A stretch of DNA of 64,000 nucleotides from Eledone cirrhosa (Eukaryota): positions 30,318,001-30,382,000 of the forward strand of contig OZ024763.1 in assembly GCA_964016885.1 (NCBI GenBank). The letters run 5' to 3'. Position 1 is the stretch's first letter. Each line of letters starts with the position of its first letter. The notes below the pieces were generated by a model. It was given only the letters and a program-made list of their open reading frames with translations, was not told the DNA's origin and ran no database searches. The translations under genes and the position numbers were made by a program. Positions 15,416 to 31,008 of the stretch are shown here, one piece after another.

Positions 15416-15676
15416 ATATGACAAATGAGAAAAAGAGACATAGACTTGAGTAACAAACAGAATGAAACAGAATATATATATTCGGAGAGATAACACGTGT
15501 TTAGAGAATTAGATGTGGACAACAGAAAACGTGGATAATTCCCTCTAGCTTCAGATAACTACTAAACATACACACACACACATATATATATGTGTATATA
15601 TATATATATATACACACACACAAACACATACAGACACGCACAAGCACATATATACATAAATGTGCATATGTGCATA

Positions 15677-15745
<69 letters not shown>

Positions 15746-15800
15746 CCAGCTATATATACATCTTTGTGTGTGTATATACATATATACACATACATACATG

Positions 15801-15871
<71 letters not shown>

Positions 15872-16067
15872 TTATATATATTTATATATATCATCAATCA
15901 TCATTTTACGTCCACTTTTCCCTGCTTGCAAGGGTGGGACGGAAACTGATTCTGGCTTGATTTCTACAGCTGGATGCCCTTCCTAACACCAACCTCATTT
16001 ACAGTGAGTGCTGGGTGCTTTTTTGCCGTGGCACCTGCGTGTTTTGCAGTGGAATGATATATATATA

Positions 16068-16295
16068 TATTAAAATAACAGATTAAAGTTTAAGCAAAGA
16101 ATCGCTGCTTTCACCCTTAACGGGATCTTCTGTTTCAGAAGTTTCAGAAGATCCCGTTTAAGGGTGAAAGCAGCGATTCTTTGCCTAAACTTTAATCTGT
16201 TATTTTAATAAATATTTGCTCTACGGTTCTTATATATTTGATATATATTTATCCTTATCGAGCCCTCTTTGGATTTTAGTCTTCAAATTTATTAT
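16068..16295 (+). mobile_element. Fold-back PLE-like element with degenerate hammerhead
   Basis: Near-perfect inverted arms 16068-16132 / 16145-16210; CAGAAGA-tccc...gggt-GAAA in the right arm; AATAAA and a unique tail follow; flanked by (TA)n. Confidence 0.6.
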
Positions 16296-16298
16296 TAT

Positions 16299-18830
<2,532 letters not shown>

Positions 18831-19076
18831 CAGCAGGGTAAATCAGTCATGTGATGAGGAGGTGGGGGGGGGATGATGATGATGATGATAGACAAAATGT
18901 GCATGCACACGTGTGTGTGTATTTATGTGTGTGTGTGAGTATGAGTGTGTGCATCTGTTTGTGTGTGTTTCCGAATGTGTTTCGGGGACATCTTATAAGA
19001 AGTACTGCTCAACAAAGCCATACAGTAGTAAGGTATTGTACGTTAAACAATTTACTTCACTCCCTTCACATAATAT

Positions 19077-19144
<68 letters not shown>

Positions 19145-19149
<5 letters not shown>

Positions 19150-19458
19150 ATATATAAGATCAAAAGATGGTTAAAAGAGTTCCATGTATTTTATTATGCG
19201 CATTTCAAAAACAATTATCATCATGCAATAACATTTGCGTTTTCGTCTATTACTATCTCCCTATTTTATCTGACGAAAACGCAAATGTTATTGCATGATG
19301 ATAATTGTTTTTGAAATGCGCATAATAAAATACATGGAACTCTTTTAACCATCTTTTGATCTTATATATTATTATTTATACTCCAGTCCTACAAACTGTA
19401 GAGTGCTACTTATCCGATATCTGCATTGCTTTATTGTACTACAATAAAACTCACCTCC

Positions 19459-19460
<2 letters not shown>
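19145..19460 (+). mobile_element. Fold-back PLE-like element, family B
   Basis: Inverted arms of about 103 bp (19145-19247 / 19272-19374), an HHR in the right arm, a unique tail with gtaGAGTGC (19401), and (TA)n on both sides. Confidence 0.85.
19262..19332 (+). ncRNA. Type I hammerhead ribozyme (family B)
   Basis: tattttat-CTGACGA-helix II-GAAA-tgcgca-TA-ataaaata; perfect 8-bp helix I and palindromic helix III. Confidence 0.9.
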
Positions 19461-19496
<36 letters not shown>

Positions 19497-19565
19497 TAGA
19501 TAGATATATAGACATATATATATATATATAATATAAGATCAAAAGATGGTTAAAAGAGTTGCAAG

Positions 19566-19636
19566 TATTTTATTATGCGCATTTCAAAAACAAATATCAT
19601 CATGGGATGATATCTGCGTTCTCATCAGATAAAATA
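19566..19636 (-). ncRNA. Type I hammerhead ribozyme (family B)
   Basis: Minus strand: tattttat-CTGATGA-gaacgcagatatcatc-ccat-gatgatatttgttttt-GAAA-tgcgca-TA-ataaaata. Confidence 0.9.
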
Positions 19637-19760
19637 GGGATACATGATATGAAGCTTAAAAAACACTTGTGAATAGTGAAGTTTTAAATCAACTATATAC
19701 AAATAAAATATAGAGTTAATAACTCATATAGATACCCTGCAATTAATAAGCTCAAAGTAT

Positions 19761-21217
19761 AAATACTGAGCATTATAATATTAATATGTGTAAAATACTA
19801 AGCATTATAATATTAATATGTGTAAAATACTAAGCATTATAATATTAATATGTGTAAAATACTAAGCATTATAATATTAATATGTGTAAAATACTGAGCA
19901 TTATAATATTAATATGTGTAAAATACTAAGCATTATAATATTAATATGTGTAAAATACTGAGCATTATAATATTAATATGTGTAAAATACTGAGTATTAT
20001 AATATTAATATGTGTAAAATACTAAGCATTATAATATTAATATGTGTAAAATACTAAGCATTATAATATTAATATGTGTAAAATACTGAGCATTATAATA
20101 TTAATATGTGTAAAATACAGAGTATTATAATATTAATATGTGTAAAATACTAAGTATTATAATATTAATATGTGTAAAATACTAAGCATTATAATATTAA
20201 TATGTGTAAAATACTAAGTATTATAATATTAATATGTGTAAAATACTAAGTATTATAATATTAATATGTGTAAAATACTAAGCATTATAATATTAATATG
20301 TGTAAAATACTGAGCATTATAATATTAATATGTGTAAAATACTAAGCATTATAATATTAATATGTGTAAAATACTAAGCATTATAATATTAATATGTGTA
20401 AAATACTGAGCATTATAATATTAATATGTGTAAAATACAGAGTATTATAATATTAATATGTGTAAAATACTGAGCATTATAATATTAATATGTGTAAAAT
20501 ACTGAGCATTATAATATTAATATGTGTAAAATACTGAGCATTATAATATTAATATGTGTAAAATACTGAACATTATAATATTAATATGTGTAAAATACTG
20601 AGCATTATAATATTAATATGTGTAAAATACTAAGCATTATAATATTAATATGTGTAAAATACTGAGCATTATAATATTAATATGTGTAAAATACTGAGCA
20701 TTATAATATTATGTGTAAAATACTGAGTATTATAATATTAATATGTGTAAAATACTAAGCATTATAATATTAATATGTGTAAAATACTAAGTATTATAAT
20801 ATTAATATGTGTAAAATACTGAGTATTATAATATTAATATGTGTAAAATACTGAGTATTATAATATTAATATGTGTAAAATACTGAGTATTATAATATTA
20901 ATATGTGTAAAATACTAAGCATTATAATATTAATATGTGTAAAATACTGAGTATTATAATATTATGTGTAAAATACTGAGTATTATAATAATATGTGTAA
21001 AATACTGAGCATTATAATATTAATATGTGTAAAATACTAAGCATTATAATATTAATATGTGTAAAATACTGAGCATTATAATATTATGTGTAAAATACTA
21101 AGCATTATAATATTAATATGTGTAAAATACTAAGCATTATAATATTAATATGTGTAAAATACTGAGTATTATAATAATATGTGTAAAATACTGAGCATTA
21201 TAATATTAATATGTGTA
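19761..21217. repeat. 32-bp AT-rich minisatellite (about 45 units)
   Basis: Unit aaatact(a/g)ag(c/t)attataatattaatatgtgta; directly abuts the body of the family-B copy starting near 19530. Confidence 0.93.
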
Positions 21218-21331
21218 GAAGTAAACACATTAAACCCGTGTCTAAAATTACGAGGGTAGATTACACCACAAATGTTATATATCATTCAACCTGAATCATA
21301 TGGGATTTATCTATATATATATATATATATA

Positions 21332-21525
21332 TAATATATAAGATCAAAAGATGGTTAAAGGAGTTCCATGTATTTTATTATGCGCATTTCAAAAACAAAC
21401 ATCATCATGCAATAATATTTGTGTTTTCATCAGATATATTATGTATACTCCAGTCCTACAAACTGTAGAGTGCTTCTTATCCGATATCTGCATTGCTTTA
21501 TTGTACTACAATAAAACTCACCTCC

Positions 21526-21528
<3 letters not shown>
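21332..21528. mobile_element. Family B element: inverted HHR arm joined to sense tail
   Basis: Minus-strand HHR at 21371-21436 followed by plus-strand tail tactccagtcctacaaactgtagagtgc. Confidence 0.8.
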
Positions 21529-21591
<63 letters not shown>

Positions 21592-21809
21592 TAAATTTAG
21601 CGAGAGTCGGATTTCGGCAAGCAGAAATTAGCGAAACGCAACTTCCATATTGTGCAGACAAGCGCTCCATGGATATGAAGAAGATACCAGAGCTATAAAC
21701 TTAAGTTAAAATGGTCACACACGCTGAGACGATGGTTAAGAAGCCACTAACCACCATACCAAAAAAGCGAACAAGCTAAACGGGTCAAACAAAATGAGAT
21801 ATGATATAT

Positions 21810-22140
21810 GGAGGCGCATGGCTTAGTGGTTAGAGTATTGGCCTTGCAATCGAAAGGTTGTGAGTTCAATTATTCTCAGACCGGGTGATGTGTTGTTTCC
21901 TTGAGCAAGACACTTTATTTCACATTGCTCCAGTTTACTCAGCTGTAGAAATGAGATGATAGGGACTGGGGTCACTATCATTCCACTGCAAAGTGGTCGT
22001 GGAGGTGCCACGGCAAAAAAGCACCCAGCACTCACTGTAAATGAGGTTGGTGTTAGGAAGGGCATCCAGCTGTAGAAATCAAGCCAGAATCAGTTCCCGT
22101 CCCACCCTTGCAAGCAGGGAAAAGCGGACGTAAAATGATG
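21810..22140 (+). mobile_element. tRNA-derived SINE family 1
   Basis: Full-length copy. Confidence 0.9.
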
Positions 22141-22204
22141 AACAACAACAATGAACAATATCAATGATATTAATAAATGGAAACTATATTTATAAAACCA
22201 TATT

Positions 22205-22265
22205 TATTCTGTTATATATATTTCAAGGGTACCAAAACTTTGGTATGCTCTCATCAGATAAAATA
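22205..22265 (-). ncRNA. Type I hammerhead ribozyme (family C)
   Basis: Minus strand: tattttat-CTGATGA-gagcataccaaagttttggtaccctt-GAAA-tatata-TA-acagaata; flanks homologous to 44015-44140. Confidence 0.8.
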
Positions 22266-22349
22266 CAAAATTTGTTTTATAAATAGTGACATATCCAGGA
22301 ATGAGACCATAACGGTTCAGGTTCTGTTTGGATATATATATATATATAT

Positions 22350-22390
<41 letters not shown>

Positions 22391-22574
22391 ATATATATAT
22401 ATATTATTTCTCCTTCACTGAGGGATAGGTTCCATGGATGTGAGCAGTGCATTTTAAGTACATGTATATGTGTGTGTGTGTATATATATGTATATATATA
22501 AGTTTATCCCGGGTTCCATCGAGGGTAACCACAGTAAGTAAGGTACTGTAAGTAAGGTAACCGCAGTAAGTAAG

Positions 22575-22625
22575 GGCTTCCTGATGATTTCTCCCAAATG
22601 AAACAGTTCTAGTCCTGTAGAATCC
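22575..22625 (+). ncRNA. Type I hammerhead ribozyme (family D)
   Basis: ggcttc-CTGATGA-tttctcccaaat-GAAA-cag-ttctagtc-ctg-TA-gaatcc. Confidence 0.7.
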
Positions 22626-22664
22626 ATTTATATATATATATATATATATAAATATATATATATA

Positions 22665-22836
22665 ACAAAGAAATTGTGGTAAGGAACCAGATGGACCATA
22701 ACATACCAGATTACTCAATACTTAGGGTAGTAGAGTGGGAAATAGGAAAAAGTATGACCCCGACGGCAGAGCTCAAGCCGTTTCGACGGCTATTTCTGGA
22801 CTACAGAAATAGCCGTCGAAACGGCTTGAGCTCTGC
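22665..22836 (-). mobile_element. Fold-back element, family E
   Basis: Palindrome gcagagctcaagccgtttcgacggcta...tagccgtcgaaacggcttgagctctgc plus a unique tail; related copies at 31770, 38228, 52953, 58108 and 63337. Confidence 0.8.
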
Positions 22837-22914
22837 TGCGTGTGACATTTACTGTTGCATGTCTGTGGGACATGACCAGCAAATGCAGATGATATGCTGA
22901 AGCTGGTGAGAAAT

Positions 22915-23212
22915 AATAATAATAATGAAATTATTGTGTACAGTGCTCAGGTGCACTACAACTCATCAAAGGTGCATGTATAGTACATAGAATAATGTAC
23001 AAATGTCAGGAAAATGAACAGTGTACGAGTCATGATATAATAACAATAACAATAATGAAATATTGTGTACAGTGCCCAGGTGCACCACAACTCATCAAAA
23101 AAGTGCATGTACAGTACATAGGGCAATGCACAAACATCAGTAAAATGAACAGTGCACGAGTCATGATACACACATGTGTGCATGTGCATGGAAGGGGTAC
23201 ATCAGGTGTACA
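22915..23212 (-). mobile_element. CR1-clade LINE 3'UTR fragment
   Basis: Reverse complement of 7150-7445; abuts an RTE-like RT remnant at 23215-23410. Confidence 0.7.
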
Positions 23213-23481
23213 TGAAACGAGCAAGCTCCAATGGATGTGTTATGTTAATGTGCTGAGAGAAAAACTTGCTGTAGAGGGAATGAAATGCAGTGTGAAAGAG
23301 AGGACATTGTAATGGTGTGAAAAAGTGATGTTTATGGATGATGGAATCCGTGTGAAGTGCCAAGACTTCCCAGCGGAATGAAGCTACAATGGAGGAAGAA
23401 CAATGAGAAAAATTGAAGCTATTGCTCTTCTGTCCTCTGCATCTGTTTATCCATGTACAAATTTGCTACTATACACCCTCC

Positions 23482-23530
<49 letters not shown>

Positions 23531-23627
23531 TATCATTATCATTATCATTATCATCGTCATAATTATTTAATATTCATTAAACTTCTTCACTTCACACTCT
23601 ATTTATTGTCTTATTTTTTCAAAACAG

Positions 23628-23825
23628 TCTGATTTGCTATCAGATGGGGCTTTACTATCAACTGATGACTCTGTAGTTCTGGTCCCACCGTATGCATCAA
23701 AACCAGGTTGTTGTGTAACCTGGAGCCGGTGGCTGAAGAAGCGAGATTTGCATTATGTGTGTCTGAATGTATTATCCTCGTTGTGCTCTCTTTGCTATAC
23801 CTAATTAATTGAAAATGCACACAAA
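23628..23825 (+). other. Candidate spliced exon (198 nt)
   Basis: Non-repetitive island bounded by ttattttttcaaaacAG and AA|GTAAGT; frame 0 is open for 58 codons before TAA; no homology recognised. Confidence 0.4.
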
Positions 23826-23989
23826 GTAAGTCTCTCTCTTTCTCTCTAATGCATATATATATATCCAGCCGGCCTTCCCTTCACACCCTTCTACTTTGAC
23901 CGCTGGCCACGTGATGTCTCTCACCCCTTTTGAATTCATTTCTGGCAGTGATCACTTTAAAAATTTTAGTCTTACCTTCTGCTACATAT

Positions 23990-24272
23990 CATCATCATCA
24001 TCATCATCAACGTTTAACGTCCGTGTTCCACGCTTGCATGGGTTTGGACGGGGGTAGTCCCACTTGAGGCAAGAGTGATTGTCTTGCTCGCATAGGACTG
24101 TCTGGCAGGTTTTCTACAGTTGGATGCCCTTCCTAACACCAACCACATTTACAGTGTGGGTCTGGGAGGTTTTTACCGTGTTGCCTACACGGCCACATTA
24201 CAGCGTGGACTGTGTGTTTTTTTGTCGTGACACCTACACGATCTCATTTGTTTCGGCCTGGATGGCGCGGCA
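23990..24272 (-). mobile_element. Non-autonomous retroelement with (GAT)n tail
   Basis: Apparently identical to 30416-30702; shares ggatgcccttcctaacaccaacc and the tail with SINE family 1. Confidence 0.75.
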
Positions 24273-24373
24273 CATATATATATATATATATATATATAAT
24301 AATTAAATTATTGTGTAAAGTGCTCAGGTGCACTACAACTCGTCAAAGGTGCATGTATAGTACATAGAATAAT

Positions 24374-24558
24374 TGTTTCTACTTTAGGTACAAGGCCAGC
24401 AATTACCCAATGCATTACTGGTACTTTATTTTATCGACCCCGTAAGGATGAAAGGCAAAGTCAACCTCGGCGGGATTTGAACTCAGATCGTAAAGGGACG
24501 TAACTATGCTGGAAAGCATGGCGTCCGACCTCTACCGATACTGCCAATCTACCGCCCC
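24374..24558 (-). mobile_element. SINE family 2, full length, with TSD
   Basis: 13-bp duplication tacatagaataat at 24361-24373 and 24559-24571. Confidence 0.9.
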
Positions 24559-24673
24559 TACATAGAATAATATACAAATGTCAGGGAAGTGAATAGTGTA
24601 TGAGTCATGATATACATGTGTGTATGTGTGTGGAGGGGGAACATTAGGTGTAGTGTTGGGGAATCTCAGGAAG

Positions 24674-26385
24674 CATGGAGGCCTTAAAGGAAGCAGTGTC
24701 TTGACAGCTGACAACTGATGCAGGTAGTTTGTTCCATGGAGGTTTTAAAGGATGAAGTGTCTCGACAGCTAACAACCGATGCAGGTAGTTTGTTCCATGG
24801 AGGTTTTAAAGGATGCAGTGTCTCAACAGCTAACAACTGATGCAGGTAGTTTGTTCCATGGAGGTTTTAAAGGATGCAGTGTCTCGACAGCTAACAACTG
24901 ATGCAGGTAGTTTGTTCCATGGAGGTTTTAAAGGATGAAGTGTCTCAACAGCTAACAACTGATGCAGGTAGTTTGTTCCATGGAGGTTTTAAAGGATACA
25001 GTGTCCCGACAGCTAACAACCGATGCAGGTAGTTTGTTCCATGGAGGTTTTAAAGGATGCAGTGTCTCGACAGCTAACAACCGATGCAGGTAGTTTGTTC
25101 CATGGAGGTTTTAAAGGATGCAGTGTCTCGACAGCTAACAACTGATGCAGGTAGTTTGTTCCATGGAGGTTTTAAAGGATGCAGTGTCTCGACAGCTAAC
25201 AACTGATGCAGGTAGTTTGTTCCATGGAGGTTTTAAAGGATACAGTGTCCCGACAGCTAACAACCGATGCAGGTAGTTTGTTCCATGGAGGTTTTAAAGG
25301 ATACAGTGTCCCGACAGCTAACAACTGATGCAGGTAGTTTGTTCCATGGAGGTTTTAAAGGATACAGTGTCCCGACAGCTAACAACCGATGCAGGTAGTT
25401 TGTTCCATGGAGGTTTTAAAGGATGCAGTGTCTCGACAGCTAACAACCGATGCAGGTAGTTTGTTCCATGGAGGTTTTAAAGGATGCAGTGTCTCGACAG
25501 CTAACAACTGATGCAGGTAGTTTGTTCCATGGAGGTTTTAAAGGATGCAGTGTCTCGACAGCTAACAACTGATGCAGGTAGTTTGTTCCATGGAGGTTTT
25601 AAAGGATGCAGTGTCTCGACAGCTAACAACTGATGCAGGTAGTTTGTTCCATGGAGGTTTTAAAGGATGCAGTGTCTCGACAGCTAACAACTGATGCAGG
25701 TAGTTTGTTCCATAGAGGTTTTAAAGGATGCAGTGTCTCGACAGCTAACAACTGATGCAGGTAGTTTGTTCCATGGAGGTTTTAAAGGATACAGTGTCCC
25801 GACAGCTAACAACCGATGCAGGTAGTTTGTTCCATGGAGGTTTTAAAGGATGCAGTGTCTCGACAGCTAACAACCGATGCAGGTAGTTTGTTCCATGGAG
25901 GTTTTAAAGGATGCAGTGTCTCGACAGCTAACAACTGATGCAGGTAGTTTGTTCCATGGAGGTTTTAAAGGATGCAGTGTCTCGACAGCTAACAACTGAT
26001 GCAGGTAGTTTGTTCCATGGAGGTTTTAAAGGATGCAGTGTCTCGACAGCTAACAACTGATGCAGGTAGTTTGTTCCATGGAGGTTTTAAAGGATGCAGT
26101 GTCTCGACAGCTAACAACTGATGCAGGTAGTTTGTTCCATAGAGGTTTTAAAGGATGCAGTGTCTCGACAGCTAACAACTGATGCAGGTAGTTTGTTCCA
26201 TGGAGGTTTTAAAGGATGCAGTGTCTCGACAGCTAACAACTGATGCAGGTAGTTTGTTCCATGGAGGTTTTAAAGGATACAGTGTCCTGACAGCTAACAA
26301 CTGATACAGGTAGTTTGTTCCATGGAGGTTTTAAAGGATGCAGTGTCTCGACAGCTAATAACTGATGCAGGTAGTTTGTTCCATG
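24674..26385. repeat. 61-bp tandem array (28 units) inside the CR1 ORF2 end
   Basis: CATG at 24674 and 26382 are exactly 28 x 61 bp apart; unit ccatggaggttttaaaggatgcagtgtctcgacagctaacaactgatgcaggtagtttgtt. Confidence 0.95.
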
Positions 26386-26734
26386 CTTCAGCAACTCTGA
26401 GCGTGAAAAAATGTTTCCGAAAGTCATGGGAACTGTGCTGTTTTCTGACTTTGTGGGCATGCCCACATGTGTTAGACACATGGAAATCAAAAAGGTACAT
26501 ATATTAGAGAGTTGGGGCTGAACCGCTGAGCTCTTGCATCTTCAACATCAAATTCTTCTAGCGGCTGGAATTTGCATTCAAAAGAGTAAGAGCTCAGCCA
26601 TTGGGCTTCAACTCTCTAATTCTCTAATATATTTATACTCTACTATCCCAGGTATCAAGTACTTACTAGTTTAAACTGGTAAAAACCAGATCTATCTCTC
26701 TCTTTCGGTATGTATGTATATATATATATATTAT

Positions 26735-26823
<89 letters not shown>

Positions 26824-26999
26824 GTGTGTATATATATATATATATTAATATATATTATTGTGTATATATATATATATATATTATTGTGTATATATATGCA
26901 TACACACACATATATTTATGTATGATAGGTGTGTATATATATGTACACATATATATATATATGTATGTATATATACACACACATATACACAGACACACG

Positions 27000-27042
<43 letters not shown>

Positions 27043-27137
27043 GGATCAAAAGATGGTTAAAGGAGTTCCATGTATTTTATCGTACTACAATAAAGGAGTT
27101 CCATGTATTTTACTGTACTACAATAAAACTCACCTCC

Positions 27138-27186
<49 letters not shown>

Positions 27187-27299
27187 CAATGTGGGGTGTT
27201 TAAAATAGCAGAGTACTTAAAATATTCAAACATTAACTGAACAAGCACTGAATACGTTTAAGGAGAGTACAAATTATAGTTTTTTTCTAAGTAGAAATA

Positions 27300-27356
<57 letters not shown>

Positions 27357-27525
27357 ATATATATGTGTAGGAGAGAACACCTGGATAGAATCAATTTCAG
27401 ATTGTATGTAAATATGTGAGAGAGAAAGAGAAAGTGTGTGAGTGAGAGAGAGAGAGAGAGAGAGAGAAAGGGGGGGGGGGGAGAAAGAGAGGGAGAAAGT
27501 ATGAGAGAGAGGCAGACAGACAGAC

Positions 27526-27556
<31 letters not shown>

Positions 27557-27627
27557 GAGACAGACAGAGAGACAGTCAGACAGAGAGAGTGACAGACAGA
27601 GAGTGACAGGCAGAGAGACAGACAGAC

Positions 27628-27666
<39 letters not shown>

Positions 27667-28083
27667 GAGACAGACAGACAGAGAGACAGACAGACAGACA
27701 GACAGAGAGACAGACAGACAGAGAGACAGAGAGACAGGCAGGCAGGCAGTCAGACAGACAGACAGTGAGTAAGAGAGAAAAAGAACCTAAAATTATTTCA
27801 TTTCAAAAAAGTGTTTAAAAAGTTAAAATATTGGTTTATGGGGAGTGACTGGTGGGTGTGGGGTGGAGTGGGGTGGTATAGCTGTGTATGGTAGGGTAGG
27901 GGTGGGGTGGGATGGTGTGATATAGGGGTGTAGGGTAAGGTGGGAGTGTGGGTTGGAGTGGGGGTGATATAGGAGGGGTGTGGAGTTGAGTGAAGCAAGC
28001 CAGAGTGGAGGAACTCATGTGGAACATAAACTAGAGCAATGTTGATGCGGTTTTTGCTAGTTTTTCTCCACACCTCATTGCCC

Positions 28084-28155
<72 letters not shown>

Positions 28156-28277
28156 CACATGCATTATATATATTCAGACACACACATATATATTATATAT
28201 ATATATACACACACATACACTCCATAGGAGTTCAACTTACATGTTTTCTAAATTACAAAATTATGGAAAAATATCTA

Positions 28278-28325
<48 letters not shown>

Positions 28326-28367
28326 TAGATAGAGTCTAGAATATACCTCAGCAAAATTAGTGTCTAT

Positions 28368-28452
<85 letters not shown>

Positions 28453-28699
28453 TGGGGATGTATGAGAGAAAGGACACTGACTGAGAGAGAAAGAGAGAGA
28501 TGAAGTGAAAGACACAAAGTATTAGAGAGAGAGTGAAAGAGAGAGAGGGGGGAGAGGGAGGGAGAGGGGGAGAGAGAGAGAGAGAGAGAGAAAGAAGGGG
28601 AGAGAGAGAGAGAAAGAAGGGGAGAGAGAGAGAGAAAGAAGGGGAGAGAGAGAGAGAGAAGGGGAGTGAAACACCGAGAGAGGGAGTTACAAAGGCAGA

Positions 28700-29065
28700 G
28701 AGAGAGAGACCAGTATTAGTAGCAGAACACATATAAAGAGAGAGGGGGATAAAAGTAAGAGAGACATTGTGAGAAAAAGAAAGAGATAGAGAGACATAAT
28801 GAGAGAGAGAGAGAGACCAGTATTAGTAGAACACATACAAAGAGGGGTTTAAAAGTAAGAGAGACATTGTGAGAGAGAAAGAAAGAGATAGAGAGGCATA
28901 ATGAGAGAGAGAGAGAGAGAGAGAGACCAGTATTAGTAGCAGAACACATACAAAGAGAGAGGGGGATAAAAGTAAGAGAGACATTGTGAGAGAGAAAGAA
29001 AGAGATAGAGAGACATAATGAGAGAGAGAGAGAGGGGGGTAACAGTATTATTAACAGAACATACA
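28700..29065. repeat. About 110-bp GA-rich tandem repeat (3+ units)
   Basis: gaccagtattagtag...aaaagtaagagagacattgtgag...cataatg repeated three times. Confidence 0.8.
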
Positions 29066-29429
29066 AAAGCAATGACCAATATATCCAGCAATATTGATTT
29101 GTTTCCAATAGTGAACAGTCCCCTAAGACAATCGATTGATACATTGATCTATTAAGCTATATATTTATTGGTTTTATCTGGTCTTTATCTAGTGTAAGGT
29201 CATTGGTGGAAGCCGTCTGGGTGAGAGTGGATGGTGGGGTGTGCTCATATGTATTAATACGTACAAAGGTACAGGTAGACAGGTAGATAGATAGATAGAT
29301 AGGTATGTTGTTTTGAGTGTTTATCATCGCCGTCATCGTTTAACGTCCATTTTCCACTCTAGCATGGGTTAGACGGGTTGTCCCATTCGTGGGAAGTTGG
29401 GTCTTGTGACCAAGTCAGGTGACCGAGCC

Positions 29430-29477
<48 letters not shown>

Positions 29478-29599
29478 AGATACTCCAGTCCTACAAACTG
29501 TAGAGTGCTTCTTATCCGATATCTGCATTGTTTTATTGTCCTACAATAAAACTCACCTCCTACATATATATATATATATAAATATATATATATTTATAT

Positions 29600-29770
29600 A
29601 TACGTTATTCCGAGTTGAATCGGAGGTAACCACAGTAAGTAAGGTACTCAATACATTGCAGAGTATAAAAGTTTTAATATAGATGAGATTCTACAGGACT
29701 AGAACTGTTTCATTCGATGATTTCTAAAGAATGAAACAGTTCTAGTCCTGTAGAATCTCATCTATATTAA

Positions 29771-29775
<5 letters not shown>
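29600..29775 (-). mobile_element. Fold-back element, family D
   Basis: Arms agttttaatatagatgagattctacaggactagaactgtttcattc / gaatgaaacagttctagtcctgtagaatctcatctatattaaaact; partial core GATGA at the junction; tail with ttGAGTAC on the minus strand. Confidence 0.75.
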
Positions 29776-29846
<71 letters not shown>

Positions 29847-29931
29847 ATAAGGTAAACAGAAATAACAACACAATCGGTACAGTATATGGAAGCGATGTAT
29901 TAGGTTAACGCTTGATAAAGCAGGAAGAGGG

Positions 29932-29967
29932 TCTTAACGTTTCGGACGCTAGTCCTTCATCAGAATA
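29932..29967 (-). ncRNA. Minimal hammerhead ribozyme (family A)
   Basis: Minus strand: tatt-CTGATGA-a-ggac-tagc-gtcc-GAAA-cg-TT-aaga; palindromic ACGT helix III typical of dimer-active minimal HHRs. Confidence 0.8.
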
Positions 29968-30415
29968 AAGGATGAGAAATAAGATTGATTGAGGGGACGG
30001 GCGGGTTGGAATTGGAAAAAATGTCTTTAGATAAAAATAACAGGTCCATTCATGTCGACATCTCTTGCAAAACTGTTGGTGCTGGCGTTAAATATACACA
30101 TATATATAAATAACAAAATATGATGCTGAGGTTACATAGATCGTTTAATCATTATAATTATTTCCACAGTTCTCCATGCAATCGAGATGTCCTTCATGCT
30201 TGTTGTTATGAGAACGGTATCCTCAGATGGTATCCGATATGTTTGATATGCCGCCGGCAGGAAAAAACACATGTCCTATTGCTTGTGTGCCCAGCAGACA
30301 TATGAGTTCCTGAAAGGGTCTCCCAGCCGCCGTGTTTGCTAGAATAAAGTGCTATCAACGAAAAAAACCCTGCTTGCTCCTGTTTCTACCAAAACAATCT
30401 ATTCTGAACACAATA

Positions 30416-30702
30416 TCATCATCATCATCATCATCATCAACGTTTAACGTCCGTGTTCCACGCTTGCATGGGTTTGGACGGGGGTAGTCCCACTTGAGGC
30501 AAGAGTGATTGTCTTGCTCGCATAGGACTGTCTGGCAGGTTTTCTACAGTTGGATGCCCTTCCTAACACCAACCACATTTACAGTGTGGGTCTGGGAGGT
30601 TTTTACCGTGTTGCCTACACGGCCACATTACAGCGTGGACTGTGTGTTTTTTTGTCGTGACACCTACACGATCTCATTTGTTTCGGCCTGGATGGCGCGG
30701 CA
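30416..30702 (-). mobile_element. Non-autonomous retroelement with (GAT)n tail (twin of 23990-24272)
   Basis: Apparent sequence identity over about 280 bp. Confidence 0.75.
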
Positions 30703-30938
30703 CCAACATAACTTTACATAGAACGGGGTGGTGTGGATGGGGTGGGGGTGGTGGCGGGACGGGGTGTATTTTGTTAGAGATGCCTACTGGCAAGGCGGGT
30801 CTTCTCTGTTACTGAGTACCGCCAAAGGTCTCGGTCCAGTGACATTGTCTTGGAGAGGTGTAAGTGTGTGAGGTCGGAGTTTATCAGCTCGTCCCAGGTT
30901 TTTCTAGGTCTGCCTATTCCGTGGCTACCGTCTATCTT

Positions 30939-31008
<70 letters not shown>

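Larger units (their letters stand above)
24300..26495 (-). mobile_element. 5'-truncated CR1-clade LINE with internal tandem amplification and nested SINE
   Basis: Minus frame reads TCGHAHKVRKQHSSHDFRKHFFTLRVAEAWNKLPASVISCRDTASFK, the typical CR1/L2-group ORF2 C-terminus; the 3'UTR continues to about 24300. Confidence 0.85.

Noticed and set aside
23732-23790. CTGAAGA followed by an agcgag/ctcgtt stem
   Set aside because: No GAAA closes the stem and no helix I or III is present, so it is not counted as a hammerhead.
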